Notes: generated by a model from the letters alone, not told the origin. A DNA stretch of 64,000 bases from Phaeosaccion multiseriatum (GCA_965112735.1 OZ218964.1:1550001-1614000); one strand, 5' to 3'. Counted from the stretch's first letter, positions 36,401 to 50,481 are shown. Numbers and translations: made by a program.

Positions 36401-39400
36401 TCGGAAACGGGCCCGGCGTGGCGTTGGTATTGGCATTGGCGAGGGTGTTGGCTCGAAGTCGGGCCTCTGCTTCTTGCCTCATGTTCTCCTCGTCCGAGCC
36501 TGCACCGGTGCTGCTGGTAGTGGTGGGTGGGGGCGCAGACGACGCAGAGGAAAGAGGGGGCTTAAACTACGGGTGTACCACACACCCTTCACACACACAT
36601 ACTGCTAAGAGTCGTACAAAAAAAAACATTATCCACTGAAATTTCACGGGGGCAGGTGTCAGTCTAGCAAACGTACGACCCTTAAACAATACGCACATAA
36701 ACCGACACACACACTTACTGATGAATCTCGGGCTCTGGACGTTGCTGCTCGAATTGCTCTGGCGGGCCCTCATGCATGTCCATACCCGATCCATTGACGC
36801 AAATCACTTCGCGCCGCTTGCCCGTCATCTCAAACACCTTGCCGAGGAGCCCTTTGGTGTTTGCCTCCTGTGGGGGGAGGGGAGTGGGGCGGGGCGGAGG
36901 GACGAGCAGACGATGAGTAGAGGGAAAACAGGGGAAGCAAGGAAGGTAGGGAAAGGAGCAGTAGCCCAATGCATGAGTGTCGTTGTGTGTGGGTGCGTGT
37001 GCATCGCCTGTGTCGGGCCCGATATAGTATGATATCGGGGTGCCGAGTTGGACAAGACCGGAACGCGTGGGGTGTCATGCCTCGGGCTCTACATAGAGCA
37101 ATACATCGGGCATATCGGGCATATCGGGCCCAACATAAGGGCATCTCGGGCCCGAGAATACACACACCCCCATGCGTTCCACTTTCTGCAACTCGAACCC
37201 GACAAAGGGCATCTCGGGCCCGACCGCTCCGATGTCGGGATTTGGCAGCTGTGTCGCGCTCCAAAGTATGTGTGTGGTGTGTGTGTGCGTGTGTGCATGT
37301 GCATGTGCGTGTGTGTGCGTGTGTGTGTGTGTGCGCGTGCGTGTGCGTGCGTGCTCCCAAGGGGGGCAGAGTAGATGTTGAAAGCAGAGGGGAGGGGAGG
37401 GGGAAGGGGAAGGGGCGTATTAGCCCATCCTACCTGCTGGTCCGTCTTAGGCAGAAGGTGATGCCCATCCTCCGGCGGGCCGGGCAGCAGGCTCTTGATG
37501 AGTGTGTGTATGGAGATGTAGCCCGTGCCCTCGGGATCGTACTTTGCAAACACATGCTCTACTAGTTCGGGCTCCATTACAATGTCGCAGCGTCTGGGGA
37601 CGAAGGTGTGGAGAAAGGTGGGGTGGGAGTGAGGGGTGGGGTGAGGGGTGGGGTGAGGGGTGGGGTGAGGGGGGGTGCGTGAGCGGGGGCCGGGTTGGAG
37701 GCCGGCATGGGCAGGCATATGGGCAGGCAGGCAGAGTGTCGACGATTCCATCCCTCTGCTTGCTGAGAGCAGGGTTGGGGGGTGCCTCCAACTGAAACAA
37801 GCCTTCCTTAATGACCAGTTCATGTGCTTCCTTCCTTCTCACCGAAATACGACGAACTGGAGCCCCTCCCTGTCCAGCCTGCTGCTGTCGTCGGAGGATG
37901 GGTTGGAGGAGCGCATGAGATTGATGGCGCTCTTGTAGATGAAACGGCTGCCGTCCTGATTGCTCTTGGACATGATCTGAGCGGAAAGGGAAGGGGAGGA
38001 AAGGGGAGGGGAGGTCAGGGTTTTTGCATACACAACACACACGTATGAACCCGCACACACCTACGCACATACGCACACACCTTATTGGCAAGCTCAACCT
38101 CAAACTTGCCAAGGTCCCATTGCCCAGCTTGGCCCTTCCAGCTCTCCGCCTATACAATACATAGTAAGGAGCATGGGGTGGGAAGATCAATAAGTCAGAG
38201 GAGGGGGAGGGGGGGGGGTTACGATTAGCAGCGGCGTTTTGTAGCCAGCGCTGTGCTGGTGACGATTGTTCCTCTTACGTAACATCCGCTTTATTGCCTT
38301 GTGGATCGATCGTTGGAGGGGTTTGTGAGAGCAGCGATCGATTCCGTTTGACCCTGTGACTCTGACCCTGACCCTGACCCTGACCCTGACCCTGACACTG
38401 ATCTTGACGCTGACCTTCATGGGGTCCTTCTTCATCGGTGCCCTGTTGGCCAGCATGAACTCGTAAGTCTCTCTGCCCTCGAACCACGGCTCTGCAGGGG
38501 CGGCTTTGCCTACCAGTCTTGTCACAAAGTCTCGTAGATTCAAACTGCGAGGCAATGAGGCAAGGAAGGAAGGAAGGAAGGAAGGAGGGAGGGAGGGAAG
38601 GAAGGAAGGAAGGAAGGAAGGAAGGAAGGAAGGAAGGAAGGAAGGAAGGAAGGAAGGAAGGAAGGAAGGAAGGAAGGAAGGAAGGAAGGAAGGAAGGAAG
38701 GAAGGAAGGAAGGAAGGAAGGAAGGAAGGAAGGAAGGAAGGAAGGAAGGAAGGAAGGAAGGAAGGAAGGAAGGAAGGAAGGAAGGAAGGGAAGGGAAGAG
38801 AAGAGAAGAGAAGAGAAGAGAAGGGAGGTACTTTAGCACTTGGTAGTAAGAAGGCACATGAAACCAGAAGGGGAAGACTGGCGGACTTTGCAGAGGGGCA
38901 GGAACACCGTGCTGAGGCACTTATGCAACCAACTAGCGAACGAGCTGGACTAACTGACTGACTGACTGACTTAGTAGCTGGACTCACTGACGGACAGAGT
39001 GACTGACTGGCTGACTGACTAACTCGATGGACTGACCGACTGGCTGACTGACTGACTGACACCACACCCCAGGTGCTGACTCAATCACTCAATCAGTCCC
39101 TCCTTCCCTCCCTCCCTCCCTCCCTCCCTCCGTCCCTCACCTGCCCTTTCCGTCGGGGTCGTATTTTTGAAACACGAGGTCGAGTTCATTCTCGCTTAGC
39201 ACGATGGAAAACTTGTCGTGCATAAGCTCGTAAAAGCGCCGCCGAGGGATGAGCCCGTCCTTGGCAGAGTCCAGAAAGAGGCGGTAAGCAGACTGCACTT
39301 CGTAACTGCCGGTGGCCGCTGCACGCTGGCGAATCTTCTCGACGATCTGTTGACAAGGAGGGGAGGTGGAAGGTGGAAGGTGGAAGGGGGAAGGTGGAAG

Positions 39401-40425
39401 GTGGAAGGTGTGAGGTGTGTGGTGTGTGGTGTGAAGGTGGATCCATGAAAGCCCGCCCCCCCCCAGGCTCTCTCCCTCTTTCCTCTCTCTCTCCTCTACC
39501 GACTCTGCAGCACCCCTCTGCCGCAGCGCTCTCCAGCAGGGCAGTGCTCACTTACATTGAATTCGATCATGGGCAAATCCCACACCACCCCGTCTGGCCG
39601 TACACCCAACTGCAGCACCATCTGTGAGGAGAGAGGGAGAGGGAGGGCGAGGGATGTGCGAGAGTGAGTTTGTGTGTGTGCGAGAGAGAGAGGGGGGGAT
39701 AGAGAGAGGGAGAGCGAGAGGGAGAGCGAGAGAGGCAAGTAGAGGCTCATGGGGCGCTCAGCAGCCAGCGGTGGAGGGGGGGGGGGTCCGCACCTTTTCT
39801 GGCGCGTTCTTTCTGTAACCGAACATGTCCGTACTGTTTCTCTTGCTGAACCACGAGTCTCCAAAGCCGGGCGGCACCAAACTGCGCATAAGCTCGCAAA
39901 TCTCGGCCTTTCCCGTGTCTATCGTGTGTGTGGGAGGGGGCAGAAGGGAGAAGGGGCAAGGAGGAAGGAAAGGCACATAGAAGCGAGGGTGTAGGCACAG
40001 TAGTTAACAGCACAGTATTGAGCCTTAAGGACAGCACATACGCGTGACAACAAGGGCCAGTGATTGGTACTACACAAACAAAAATACACACACCACACAC
40101 ACACACACGCACGCACGCGCACACATACTTGCACAGCCCGGCTTCATGATTTCAAAGAGCCGCTCCACCTCCTCCTTGCTGATCTCCAGACCGAACTTAA
40201 TTCGACAGATCCTCCGAAACTCTTCAAAGCTTTCGTAACGAGAGAGAGAGAGAAAGAGAGGGGGGGGGGGTGGGGGGGAGTGCCGCAGTAGCAGTTGCGG
40301 TACAGTAGCAGCAGTCGAGGGGGCAGAGGAATCAGAGAAAGGAGAGGAAGCAGAGCAGGAGAGGAGGGGATGAGAAGAAGAGGAGCGTGCCGCCCGATGC
40401 AAGCCCACTGCAGGCCTTCAGACCA

Positions 40426-40488
<63 letters not shown>

Positions 40489-42200
40489 CCAACGCGCCCG
40501 CCCACATGTGCCTCCTCCCTTCATCCCTTTGTCCTTTTTCCTTCATGTTCGTACGTAATCATGTCGTTGACCCTGTGCGGCAGCTCCCTCCGAAAGATCT
40601 TACACGCCTCAAGGTATTGGTAGCCCGCGTGACCCTGCTCGGGAAGGGGGCGGGGGCAGGGACAAGCAACGGAGAGGGTAAGGACTCACTCACATGCTCA
40701 CTTACCCACGTGCTCACTATCCCACTCACTCACTCACACACACACACACACACACACACTCACGAACTCATGAACTCACGCAAGCACGCACGCTCTCACT
40801 CACTCACGAACGAACGAACGAACGAACGAACTCACTCAGTCCCTTTACGGCCCTCCCTCGTTCCTTCTTTCCGTCCTTGCTTCCCTCACCCTCTCCCCTC
40901 CTTTCTTCCACCCAAAAGGGAAGGTCAGCTCCTCCCTCCTCATCCCCTTCCCTAAGGAGTGAAAGCAGTAAAGCATTCGCCTTCCCACGCGTCTCCTCCC
41001 CTCAAGCAACAAGTACAGCCGTGGCAGCAGCCTTGCACACGCACGCGCCCACATACCTGCGCGTGCTCGTTGATTTTCATGCGAAGCTTTGTGGCGAGCT
41101 TGTCCATGTTCCAGCGAAAGCCCCTCAAGCTCGTTGGAAACTCCTGCGGAAAGGGAGGGAGGGGTAAGATGAGGTGATAGACCCTCTCTCCCTTTCTTTC
41201 TCTCTCTTCCTCTCTCCTTTTCTCCCTCCCTCCCTCTCTCCCGCCTTCGTCCCTCCTCACCTTGCTGGGCAAGACGGGTTCCATCGGCGAATGTCCCGGA
41301 GTGGACTTGAAGCGGGCACTATCACTAATACGATTGTACACCACCGGCTCCGTGTACTGCGCATTCAAGAAGAACCAGCCCCCCTTGTCATGCTTCCTGA
41401 GCAGTGCCTGAATCATGTCCTTTATATTGACCCTCCACCCGTCCGCTTGTTGGCCCTTGTGCTTGTCAAAGAGAGCTTTCGTCTCCTGAGTGGTCATCTG
41501 CGTGGGGGGTGGGGGGGGGGGATTATATTGACTTACAGGAATCAAGCAAAGAATTACGTACGGGACGGGGGAGGGGGGCGATGCGTGCAGTGAGTGCGTA
41601 GAAAGCGCCTGCGTGCGTTCCGGGCCTGCTCCTCCTGAGCCTCCTGTTGCTGCTCCTCCTGCTGCTCCTCCTCCTCCTCCTCCTCCTTCTCCTCCTCCTC
41701 CTCCTCCTGCTCCTCCTCCTCCTCCTTCTCCTCCTCCTCCTCCTGCTCCTCCTCCTCCTCCTCCTCCTCCTCGTCGTCCTCCTCCTCCTCGTCGTCCTCC
41801 TCCTCCTCCTCCTCCTCCTCCTCCTCCTCCTCCTCCTCCTCTTCTTCTTCTTCTTCTTCTTCTTCTTCTCCCAGAGCAAGTAAGTTTTCTCGTCGATCAC
41901 ATGTGATCACGTACCTCTACCCCGAGCAGCGAGGAGATGCGTTCCTTGAACTCCGCCGCGTTGAGGCCCCCGTACAGATTGTGCTTGGCGTCGCACAGCA
42001 TCTTGTACGCCATTTGATACTGCACATTCAGGACACGGGGAAGCAGCACCGCAGAAGAAACAGCAGCAGCAGACGGCAGCAACAGTAGGCTAAGTCAAAG
42101 CTTGTTGGTCTGTATGAAAGCAATATTTCACATGTTATCCCTCTTTCCCAGCCGCCGTTTATGCGTGCTCCCCTTACTCCCCTTGCTCCCCTTTCCTCGG

Positions 42201-42234
<34 letters not shown>

Positions 42235-42976
42235 TTTGTGTGCTCACCTTGTAGTTCCCCTCCACTTTGCAGAGTGTCTCGAGCTTGTCACAGATCAAGC
42301 TCTCCACCTTGCTCACGTCATACTCGTAGTCAGGCACGTCGCTGCTCCGAGGTAGGAAGTTGTATCTTCGCCGCGCCTTGTCGAGCCCATGTGCCGGCTG
42401 CCGCTTGAGCGCATCAACAAAGCAGCTGTAGCTCACCGTGTCCGACTTGCCGTCTCCGTGCATGCGTTGCAGGGCTCGGATCTCATCCCACGACAGGGTG
42501 ACTGCATAGTTCTTTTGCACTCTTCGTTTGAACTGCTCTGGGCTGAGCAAGTCCTTCTCGTCATCAAAGTCCGCGGCGTGCTTGTGGGCCCGCGCGATCT
42601 CTGCCTCCCCCATGATCCGGACTCCCTTGGGTGGACTGTCCACACGGTCATGCAAGTAAAACAAGTCGTGTTGCAAATGCCAGTGGTAAAACGAGGATGA
42701 GTGCATACCATCCCTGAAGGAATGCAGTGGCATCGATGACGTAGAGCTCATCTCATTCACTCACCGTTGTGGAGGAGCTGCCCCTTGGTGCGCACCCTCG
42801 TGATGCTGTTCGTCCTCTGGCTGCATGTTGGACTGCTTTCCCGCCTCCCTCGCCTTCGCCAGCCTCTGCGGGTGCAACAGCTTAGGCTGCTGCACTTTCC
42901 TCTTCTGCCCATTATTCGCAGCCTCCGGAGCAGCTGCCGCTATTCGCGCAGCGGCAGCAGCCATCGCCCGCGGCAT
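33466..42976 (-). CDS. Large multi-EF-hand repeat protein with a low-complexity C-terminal tail (architecture reminiscent of EFCAB6; orthology not established)
   Basis: About 19 exons (approximate): 42976-42765, 42636-42248, 42019-41915, 41497-41261, 41144-41057, ~40635-40555, ~40235-40128, 39919-39794, 39621-39555, 39346-39141, 38544-38415, 38149-38081, 37976-37843, 37593-37434, 36867-36719, 36513-36111, 35755-~34350, 34127-33974, 33602-33466. EF-hand loops VFQKYDPDGKGSLNLRDF and VFAKYDPEGTGYISIHTL. The junctions checked are phase-compatible through to the last exon, ending GNGVQYY*. Confidence 0.72.
34913..34927 (-). repeat. Dispersed 15-bp element (exact)
   Basis: Coding exon of the EF-hand gene, at the end of a poly-Q tract, read as Q-L-V-I-Q. 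Confidence 0.9.
36369..36383 (-). repeat. Dispersed 15-bp element (exact)
   Basis: Coding exon of the EF-hand gene, next to a poly-Q tract, read as Q-L-V-I-Q. Confidence 0.9.
38560..38825. repeat. (AAGG)n microsatellite in an intron of the EF-hand gene
   Basis: About 220 bp AAGG run followed by (AAGAG)n; it reads (CCTT)n on the sense strand just upstream of an acceptor. Confidence 0.95.
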
Positions 42977-43420
42977 CTCCTTCTTTCTTCTCTCTCTTCC
43001 CAGTTTATTTCTTGCTGGCAGCTCTGTATCCTTACTGTAGGTCTAACCTCCCTTCTCAGTAGCAGCCATTAGACTCTCTTTTTTACGGCGATTGATTCCT
43101 GGAGAGATAGGTTTTGAGGCCACGTTCACGTTCGAAACCGTAATTGACATAGCAAACGCCGTCGTCGGAAAAGAATTTGCGTTTCAGTTTCATATTTTCT
43201 TTTTCTCCGGCCACTCACGCTCTTACTTTGCTCGTGTTGAAAGCCGCCAAGACTTCTCAACGAGTAGTTTGCATCCCCCCGCCCAGCTTACCTTTCCTCC
43301 CTCAGCTTACCTTCCCACCTTCAGCATGCCTTTCCTCCCTCCCCTCTACCAACAAGCTCCCCCTACCCCTGCACTTCACCCCCCTCTCTCTCCTCTCTCT
43401 CTTCTCTCTCCCTCTCTCGC

Positions 43421-43832
43421 TCATGTAGCCCACAACGAGGGGTCAACGTCTGCAAAGATCCGGTCCAGCGTCTGACCCAGAGGCTTAGTGTTCAGTCTTC
43501 CATCCAGGTGCTCCTTTACGGCCCAGAAGAAGAGCGTGATGGCGTTGAAGGTGTTGAGACGACCGCCGCTTACATCCCACACCCGCTTTACAGTTACATC
43601 CTCCCCGAGAGAGAGAAGGACCTTGTAGTGGGGGGCAAGGGGAGATCCCATGCGAACGATGAGGGGGCCTGGTGTGAGGGGGGGAAAGGTGGGGAGGCGA
43701 AGTGAGGTAGTGGATTGGGAGACAAGACCGGAGTCAGTCATGTTGTCATAGCAGCAGTTGGTGATACAGCAGGAGCGGGACGGCGGACAGGGAAAGGTGT
43801 ACAAAGGAAGAGCAAACCCGAACTCCCCCACC

Positions 43833-43864
<32 letters not shown>

Positions 43865-44209
43865 CAGCCTCGAAGGAACAAAGGAAGGAAGGAAGGAAGG
43901 AAGGAAGGAAGGAAGGAAGGAAGGAAGGAAGGAAGGAAGGAAGGGAGGGAGGGAAGACGGAACGGAATAATACACCTTTGAGGTCTGCCCAGGCGGATTC
44001 GCTCTCGTCCATCGAGTCGCAAAAGTGCCTCATGAGGAAGGGGCGCTGGCCCTGATAAGAAGCTCCGATGAAGTCGTCTCCCCACCACACAAAGAAGTTC
44101 ATGAGCAGCTCGCTGTCGGAGATGCCTGCCTCGCGCCACTCCCTACCGCCCTTGTCCCACACGAAGTTACTGATGTTGCTATCCTGCGCGGGGAGGAGAG
44201 AGAAGAGCG

Positions 44210-44271
<62 letters not shown>

Positions 44272-44828
44272 AGAGAGAGAAAGAGAGGAGGGGAGGGGTG
44301 GGCAAGAGGCAGAGAAGGAGTGAGAGATGGGGAAGAGGTGGGGGGATTGGAGTTGGGGGTAGTAAATATCCCCCCCTTCCTTCCCCTCTCTCTCCCTCTC
44401 CCTCTCTTTCTCATCAACCCACCTCCGCCAGGGTGAGAATCCTCTTCATGGCGTACTCCGGCTTATGCCCCCCTCCCTTCACAGCGCCCTCCAAATGGCG
44501 GTACATGTGAAAGAGGTCCACCGTCCCCCCCCACATTCCCTTGAAGGGGCTCACAGCCACCCGTCGGCGCTTGTCCTCTTGGTAACGCTCAATGTCAAGC
44601 AGTGAGAACTGCATCACCCCTCCGTTCTCGGTGGGGTACGGTTGCCTGTGGGGCGAGGGGTGATACAACGGGGGTTAGGAAGACGTCGAGGCAAGCAACA
44701 AGCAAGTCAAAGGGGGTGCGGAACAAAGAAATGCTTTTTCGAGCTGAGCGGCAGAGGGAGCAGCTTATGTGGAGCAGGCTGCAGAGCCGCCAGCGCAACA
44801 GAGGAGCAGCAACAACAAGAACAACAAG

Positions 44829-44871
<43 letters not shown>

Positions 44872-45737
44872 GCAACAGCAGCAGTAGCAGCTGCAGGACT
44901 GCGGAGGAGGAGCAGCAGGAATGCAGAGGAGGAGCAAAGCAAGGGGCCTACTCAACCTGCTCTACTCTTCTCACCTCTTGGCCTCGTACTGCAGCAGGGC
45001 CCTAGACACCCCCTGCTTCTCCAAGGCGTCAATCACCCAATTCAGCCTCTTTTTGTAGTCCAGTAACTGCGTCCCCAGCCACTCGCGTGTATTGTCCGAA
45101 TACTCCTGAAACACCTGGAATATGCCCAACTCGTGTAGCAGGCGCGTGTGCGCATCTGCCATCTGTTGCATGGTGTTGCCATCGTCCAGCCCACTCCCTC
45201 CGTAGTATCCATAGTATCCAGGTCCTCCGTCCTCTCCCCCGCTCTCTCCACCTTTCCCCAAGTCCTCTTGTCGCCGATACACGCGGTAGCTCGACGCTGC
45301 GCTGCTGTCTGCCAAGGGCCCTTGCATGTACTCCTGCGTCTTGGCCATCTCATCACCTCCGTAGTAGCCGCCGCCGAAGCCTCCTCCTCCACCTCCTCCA
45401 CCTCCTCCTCCTTCTCCTCCACCACCACCACCACCACCTTCTCCTCCTGACGTTCCGGTCAGGCTCATGCTTGTACTGAGATGCTGCCTGTTATACCCTC
45501 CCCCCTCTCCCGCTCCTCCCCATCTGCTGACAGGTTCTGGAGCCGACGCCCTTCTGTTGGAAAGGCCCCTGTACCCCCCGTCGCCTGGCCCTGGCCCTGC
45601 CCCGCCTCCTCCACCACCACCCTCTGTCGCTGCTCCTGAAGCCGCCGCAGGAGTCCTCCCTCGCACGTGTTGGCTGACGGCGCCGTTAAACGCTCGCTCG
45701 TACGAGCTAGATGAGCGATATCGCAAACTGAACACAC

Positions 45738-45783
<46 letters not shown>

Positions 45784-47193
45784 CGCACACACGCACATAA
45801 CAGGGGAGAGAGTGTGTGACGCGTAGGTTGAGGACGAAGAGTCGGGCGGGGTAGAGTCAGCACGGATGGCAGAGGGAGGAGAGAGGGGTGACAGAATATG
45901 CATTGACTTACAGGAATCAACTTCAGAAGTATGTATGAAAAAAAAACGGCATAGGGGTGGAATGGAAGAGGAATGATTGACTCACCTTGTCGCTTTGACC
46001 AACCTCTCCTGTTCCACTGCGCGGCTACCCCCTCTGCCATTGGCACTGCCCCGGCTGTTGCCGCCGAAGCGGCTGAGCCCACGGAGCCCGCTCACGTAAT
46101 CTCTCACGCTTGCTCTTGCCCGTGCCCCACCACCTCCGTAATGCTGCCACGGCTCCTGCTCCAGCTGCTCCTGCTCCTGCTGTCTCGCAGAGACAGAGGC
46201 CCTTCCACCACCACTACTTGTACCACTACCACTACTACTCAAGCTGCTGCCCTCTCCGCTGATGCCGAGGAGCTGACTCCGCCTGCGAGACATGCTCTGA
46301 AGGGCCTTGGCGCTTTCTTTGGGCACTCGTGTCAGCCACGCGAAGATGGACTTTTCGAGGGCCCACCGCGCCGCAAAGAGGAACACCGCCTATGGAGAAG
46401 GAGGGGGGGGGGGAATACGCAAGACGGGGGGGGGCGTAGGGGAGGGAGAGAAGAGACGTGACGACCCAAGGAGGAGGAGGTACGTTGGCAGCAGCTCAAG
46501 AATGGGGTTGTGAGAGAGGAGGGTTCAGTAAGAAGACGTTGAGCATCTCGGCTCATGGGGAAGGATGACTTGCCCCAATCGAAGGCCCTCAGAGAAAGGC
46601 TACGCGAGAGCGTTTAGAGACAGAGGGAGAGACAAAAGAGGGTGGGGGCTGTCTTCCATTGGATGAGCAGATTGCCAATGTTTCTCGCGAAAGTACAATA
46701 TTCCAATGCTATATCATACTCCAGTGGTGAGCTCGCGTGCCTCTTACCAGTTCTACCAGCACTAAACCCAAGTTTGCCTCTGTAAAGTCCGTCGCACCCG
46801 CAGACCCCGAGTCATCGCTCTTCGCCACCTCCTCGCTCTGGCGCTGCTGCAGAGTGGGAAGGAAATAGCGAGCCAGCGTCTGCGTGTATAGCTCGAGGAG
46901 GATGATGGAGGAAAGCGCCCAGAGGACGCAGCTCCACAGGACGAGCCGCAGCCTCTCTTGGCGGACTCTCTGCAAGTGAAAGGCAGCAAGAGAATCATGT
47001 CAGTGTGGCCCAGAGGAAAGACACGTGCAGTGTCGTCACGAGACACTTGAGAGGGAATAGCTTGGAAGGGCAAGAAGGGGGCACAGCACAGAGGCCAGAG
47101 AGGGAGGAGGAGACGACGACGAGGAGGACAAAGGCCGTTTGAATCCCATTCACTCACCTCGAGGTCAAGCAACAGGGCTTCGCTATCATTCAT
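43421..47193 (-). CDS. TMEM209: TMEM209-like nuclear-envelope membrane protein (CytochromB561_N family)
   Basis: Exons 47193-47158, 46969-46748, 46389-45986, 45706-44975, 44645-44423, 44183-43976 and 43668-43421. Two N-terminal TM segments. The C-terminal block EYAMKRILTLAE-DSNISNFVWDKGG...SDSELLMNFF...APHYKVL...GRLNTFNAITLFFWAVKEHLDGRL matches the TMEM209 pattern. Confidence 0.75.
43755..43769 (+). repeat. Dispersed 15-bp element (exact)
   Basis: Last intron of the TMEM209-like gene, flanked by CAG on both sides. Confidence 0.9.
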
Positions 47194-47369
47194 CGGCACT
47201 AACAGCTGCTTCTGGCAGTCCTGCTTACGTTGCACCGCTATTCTCGGTCGTTCTCCTCCCTCCTCGCCCCGTCTGCTTGGCTCTCTCAGTCCCCCAAGGC
47301 ATACTAAAAAATAAAACTAAAATTCCCCCCCCCCCCCAACCCGCCCATTCGCGTCGTTGTGCTCGCTCG

Positions 47370-49111
47370 ATGGGATCGCGGGAGGAGGCTACTGGCGGCG
47401 TGGAGCCGGAAATGGATGCCCTCATGGACTTGGATGGTCTGTGTGAGGAGTGTGAAGATAGGTGAGGAAGAAGGGGGGCGTGGAGGGAGGAGGGGAGGGA
47501 AGGAATAGAGGGAGAGAGACAAGCACTTGCAACGACTATATTTGTTGCTGCTTTCATACTGCATCCCTCCACTTCCCTGTCCCGTCAATTTGTATCACCA
47601 TCTCTCTCTCTCTCTCTCTCCGCCAATTTTCGATGGCCAAAATGACGAAGGGGTTGGCAAACTCACACCTCCCCTTCTCCTGCTCCTTTGCCTCCTTCCT
47701 CCCCCCCCCCGTGCTCCCAATGACTCTCATTGTACTCGCAGAATAATCGTATGGTATTGTGAGGAGTGCGAGGGGGGATTCTGCGAGGTGTGCTTTCAAA
47801 TGCTGCATCGAAAGGGGATCAGAGCAACGCACAAACCAACTCGAGTCGTCTCAAACAACGGGTCTTCCCCGTCCGCAGCAGCAGCAGGGTCCGGGCTCGG
47901 GTTAGGGGCAAAGGTCAAGAGTCGGCTCTTTCGCAGCAGCAATGCGACCGACTCAGCCAGAGAGGCCGGGGCGGCCACTTCAGACCTACACGATAGACAC
48001 AGCTTTAGAGAGCGGGCGAAGTTCATCCCGCTGCGGCTGGAGCAGGAAGAGCGGCTGTACCTGCGCCTTGTAGAGTCAGCTATTGCCGGCAGCGACTACA
48101 CCGCCAAGGTAGATGCCGTTGTGGGCAAGCCAGCGCAGAGGAGGCACTCCCAACTCAAGCAGATCCATGCCTTTCTGACGGGGCTGGTGACTGCGGTGGA
48201 CTATAAGCTGGGTCTGAAGGCGGCGCAAAGTCGCGACTTGGAGCCCCACGACTCCTTTCTCCAGGATGTGCTTGAGATTGCTCGGCGGCACAAGATTATG
48301 AACCCGGAGAAGCTGCGCACGAACTACGGCAAGATGATTTACCTCATGCAGGACGCCGTTTCGGACGATTTGCAGACGGAGCTGGGCTTTCACATTGGCC
48401 GCAAAATCAAGACAGTGTACTCTTTGCTGGAGGAGGCGGACAGCCTAGACATGCTCGATGACCCTCTCATTGAGACCGCCACTCGGGAGATCTTGCCAGA
48501 CCCGAGCAAGTCCAGGCCGCAGATCCAGCAGATGATCAAAAAGAAGGTACGCGGGGGACGAGACGGGGGGAGGAAGGAAGGAAGGAAGGAAGGAAGGAAT
48601 GGGGGAGACGAGGGGGGAGGGGAGGGAAGGGAAGGGAATGGCCGAGAACTGAGGCCTGTCCAAGAGGCAAACCGTTTGCCCTGTCCGTGGTATCTCACAC
48701 CCCCCCTCCCTCGTGTCAAACCTCCAACCCCAAAAACAACCAAAAGGAGCGCGCGGTGGAAACACTAAAGCGCAGGTACAGCTCCACATTACTCTCGCAA
48801 GAGTCCATCCACCGCTGCCTCTACAGCGCCTGCGACAACGACTCGTACCTCAACAGCAACCGCCTGCCTGTGGATAAGATGATCGTGTGGCTCAAGGCGC
48901 TCTTCAGGCCTGACGTCATCGAGCCGGGCTACAACATGGGCATCGTCGCAGGACAGGATGGTCAGTCAGTCAGTCAGTCAGTCAGGATGGAGCAGGGGCA
49001 CTCCGTAGTGCTCATTGTTTTTCTCTTTCTATCTGTGCCTCTTTCTCTCTGTCTGTTCCGTTGTCTGTGTGTCGTCTTCCCACTCATCCACCCATCATCA
49101 CCCACATGCGC

Positions 49112-49148
<37 letters not shown>

Positions 49149-50197
49149 CCCACTCTCCCTAACTCTCCAGGTCATCGACTGACGCACTCGCACGAGAGGC
49201 AGTTCAACTTCGCCCTTCAGAGCCTCACCCTGTGGAGGGAGATTGTGCACGACATGTTCAGACTGTGGTGCCTTGCGGAGGAGGTGAGTATGTATTGTAC
49301 ATCTGTAGTAGCAGCAGCTCATGGTGGAACGAATGGGAGAGGGGAGAGAGGAAGAGGCAAGTGGTTCCATCCATCCACTCGGCTTCTCAGAGGGGAGCAA
49401 GCAGAGCCATATCGTGAAGAGGACCGGACCGCAGATCACACATTGCTTATTATTATCTCTTCTCTTCTCTTATCTTATCGTCTCAGGTGTGCTGTGTCGT
49501 CGTGTGTAATGTAACTGCCTCTCTTTCCCCCTCCCTTCCTTCCCCTTTCCTTTTTGTCTTGTTTTGTGTAGGACCTGCTGGATGAGACCGAGCCGTATGC
49601 ACTCACCAACACCGGACAGGGTATCCAACGCGTGCAGCACAGCCCTCGCATCAGAAAGGCCATGCAGGAGATTCTCTTCCACACGCAGCAGGTATACAGC
49701 TAGGGCAGCACGAGTGGGGGAGCGGCGCACGGACCTATCTATTGACGAAAGCACACTCAAAGGAACAACAAAATAGAACGACTCGGAAAACCAAGTGGAG
49801 GCACGGAGCGTGTCTTACCCGCCCCCTCCCTCCTCCTCCTCCTCCTCCTCCTCCTCCTCCTCCTCCTAATCCTCCTTCTCCTCCCCCTCTTCTACCTCTC
49901 CCCCTTTCCATCCTCCTCCTCCTCCTCATCCTCCTCCGCCTCCTCCTGCTGCTGCTACGGCACCCTCTCTGTGTGCGTCATGCCATGCATGCCCCTGCAG
50001 GAGGTGAACTGGATCGGCAGCAGCGTCATCCACCTTGGAGACCACAATGTGCCCAATGCGCTCACCTTTATCGACAAGTACACGCAGGTAGGTCCGACAG
50101 AGGAGAGGAGAGAGGGACAAGAGGGGAGTCCGTCTGCAACAGACGAGAGAGCCGAGAGAGGGGTGGGGAGGGGGCGTCCGGCAGAGGGTAGCCAGTC

Positions 50198-50241
<44 letters not shown>

Positions 50242-50445
50242 CCGAGAGGGGGCGTGGGGGGTGAAGGGTGGGGTTGTATGTGTGCAGTGTGTTTCCGCTC
50301 TGCACTGGACTTCGCTGCTTGGCTCTTACTTCCCAATCCCCTCCTGTCGCCCCCCCCGTGTGTTTGGCCCTCCATCGTGTCTCTCTCTACCTCCACCGAC
50401 TGACCTGCCCTGCTTCTCGTGCGGTATCACCAACTGCTGCTGTTG

Positions 50446-50481
<36 letters not shown>

